Below, piece by piece: positions 61,917 to 64,000 of a DNA stretch of 64,000 bases. The position numbers and the translations under genes were made by a program. Source of the stretch: Lepidodermella squamata (taxonomy: Eukaryota > Animalia > Gastrotricha); NCBI GenBank assembly GCA_047495785.1, contig JBLDXI010000015.1, forward strand, positions 3,658,001 to 3,722,000, given 5' to 3'. Below the pieces are notes generated by a model. That model worked only from the letters and a program-made list of their open reading frames with translations, had not been told where the DNA came from and did no database searches. Position 1 is the stretch's first letter, and every line of letters begins with the position of its first letter.

Positions 61917-64000
61917 TCAAATCAGCTTTGCCATTGACGCGATGTAAACATGAATTGCAATAAAACCCGCAATACCAAGAGCGAGTAGTGCCAAATCGAG
62001 CACACGGCTGAGAGACATGTACTTCAAAACCTGCTTTTTCTTTTGGAAAGAAAACAGGAGAACCGCAACCAAATGGTAGACGGTGCAGCCGAAGCACAGC
62101 CACGTCAGGTATTTAACGTATTCGCTTAGTAAAATCCTTGTTTTAGTTTTCGGAACCAAATCTAACACGGCGGACTGGGTAACTGTCAGGGTTAGCAGAA
62201 TAGTCACAGAGAAGCAAGACCTATCAGCGAGCTGAGGTGGCATCAAGAATGCGGTCAGGTCCAATATCCCCAAGACAAAAGTCGGCACCATCAAGTTGTT
62301 GAAATAATAGTCGGGAATACGAGAAAGGGTTACAGTGAATCTAGCGACGGAAACATCCGCTCCTCGGAAACGAGTCTGGTCCAAGGTCTGGTTTTTGAAT
62401 ACGAACCGCCACTCCGTTGTCTCATCCGCCTCTGACCAAAGGAATTGAGGATTAGTGAAAAGAAGCAAGTCAGTCGACCGTTGTAGGGTGAACGTCAACT
62501 CGCAATTTTGCGTGTCGAATGGAAAGTTACTTAGCTCAAGTTGACATGTCGATGAGTAGAGGCCCTCTGATGTCCAAATGAACTCAAACGTACGATTGCC
62601 TTTTGGATTGCCGACATTTTTCATTGAGACTGTCAGATCATCGCTGAAGTACCCGCCACCTCTGTATATGTCTGACGAAGCACTGCTGACATATCGAAGC
62701 CCAGGTACCCAAATGTCTTGACGGGAGGAGACATAGACCAAGTCGTAGGCGGTTGTCGGAATCACGTCCGAACTACTCTCTGGGCACGTTGAAACCTGCC
62801 ACTTGAGAAGAATAATCCCAAGAACGTTCATCGCTTCATTCACAGTATCGATTTCAGCTAGTCGATGTATCTGGAATGCGATCAAGATCGGGATTGGTTT
62901 ATCGTAGACAGGAGGGGCGATTCTCAGGGCTTGGAAATCGCTGCATCTCGTCATGACATTTTCGGTCGTTTCTTTAGCGGGCGAAGTTTGCTTCGGGTAG
63001 CATTTTGGAATCAAGTCTTCTATGACTTTTGGCGGTTTGGTGTTCTCACATCCTTCCAGAGTAAGAACGGGCCGGGTAGTAGTTGGTGTCGACGCGGTTG
63101 TAGTTGTTGTCGTTGTTGTTGTCGTAGTTGTCGATGTTGTCGTAGCTTTCATAAAAAGAAGTATCTCATATTTATTAGTAATTTCTCCGCTGTTGTTTAG
63201 CTTACGAGAGATGCATGTAATAGCTACCGCCATTTCGACATGAAGCTTGCAGGTGTCATGATTGGGGGAGTAATTTCCGCATGTTGCGATATCCGGTTCG
63301 TTCCCAGTAGAACACACGACGTCATCGAGCAAGACAACAGGCTTATCCATGCGGCTTGGAGCAAGACTGTTATCAATAGGTACACCATCACTGCGAATAA
63401 AATCAAATTATTAGAAAATTTCTTGAACACAAATTGAGAATATACGGATATCCGAGCGCTTTGCATACTGCTTTAGCTGCCTTGTCATTGAAGTTCGGAT
63501 TATCGTTGCAAATTACACCCCAAATCCTGTCACTAGCAAGATAGTATTCGAGAATTCCTGAAGACCCATTGCCGTATATACGGTACTTTGAGCTTGGATT
63601 TCCTGTGAAGAATACTTGATATCTTACACCTCTAACTTCTTTTCGCAATACCTTGTTCGCAGGGAGGAGCATCCCCGCAGCAAACGGCAGCCACTTGATT
63701 GACTGTGCTGCAGTATAGGTAGCCGGTAATTTTATCCCCTGCGCAGGTAGCAATGTCCGCTTCGCTTCCAGTTTGACAAATCACGTCATTCAGCATAAAT
63801 GGCAGAGGTGATGTCGGTCTATCAACCCAAGCGTACTTGTTCAGCAAACTTCTTCCAGTGCTGTAAAACGGAAGTTCTTTTAATTCTACCATGATGAATT
63901 AATGGCAACTATAATCTCACGAGTGCCCAAGAGCTCGACAGGCTGCCTTGGCAGCTAAATCGTTGAAGTTCGGATTATCGTCACAAATGTATGTCCATCT
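61917..64000 (-). CDS. SRCR-SRCR-short mucin-pLGIC fusion, gene 3 (5' end outside window)
   Basis: Same exon series (WTYICDDN..ACRALG; FMLNDVICQTGSEADIATC; GILEYY..WGVICND; VLLDDVVCSTGNEPDIATC); last exon from ~63150; Cys-loop CQLELSNFPFDTQNC; 4 TM. Confidence 0.85.

Noticed and set aside
48646-63350. Naming the channels as nicotinic acetylcholine receptor alpha subunits
   Set aside because: Vicinal loop-C cysteines and the large intracellular domain are absent; only superfamily-level assignment is supportable

Overview
AT-rich eukaryotic (animal, probably non-chordate invertebrate) nuclear DNA with dense genes, short GT-AG introns (mostly ~50 nt) and standard genetic code; species not identifiable from this window. 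Two gene families dominate. (1) Eight paralogs (six apparently intact, two broken, plus four small relics) of a type II membrane protein carrying GPEDPRL / EKNWxPW / LRGGS motifs, which resemble yeast beta-1,2-mannosyltransferases (GT91/BMT, GH130-related beta-propeller clan); this would be unexpected in an animal. (2) Three tandem genes whose spliced frames fuse a signal peptide, two SRCR domains and a Thr/Ser mucin stalk to a complete Cys-loop pentameric ligand-gated ion channel. Also present: a stand-alone intronless pLGIC, a lipocalin, a gustatory-receptor-like 7TM gene, a LamG/EGF/TM protein, a dispanin-like protein, three related small secreted proteins, and a kinase-ankyrin pseudogene split by an inversion. 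Mobile DNA includes an intact P-superfamily transposon (TIRs, 8-bp TSD), a 17+17 bp P-type excision footprint, a foldback element, a TIR element flanked by a 1108-bp direct repeat, and several nested MITEs. Exon boundaries were derived by eye from GT/AG sites and frame continuity; family assignments come from motif recognition, not database searches.
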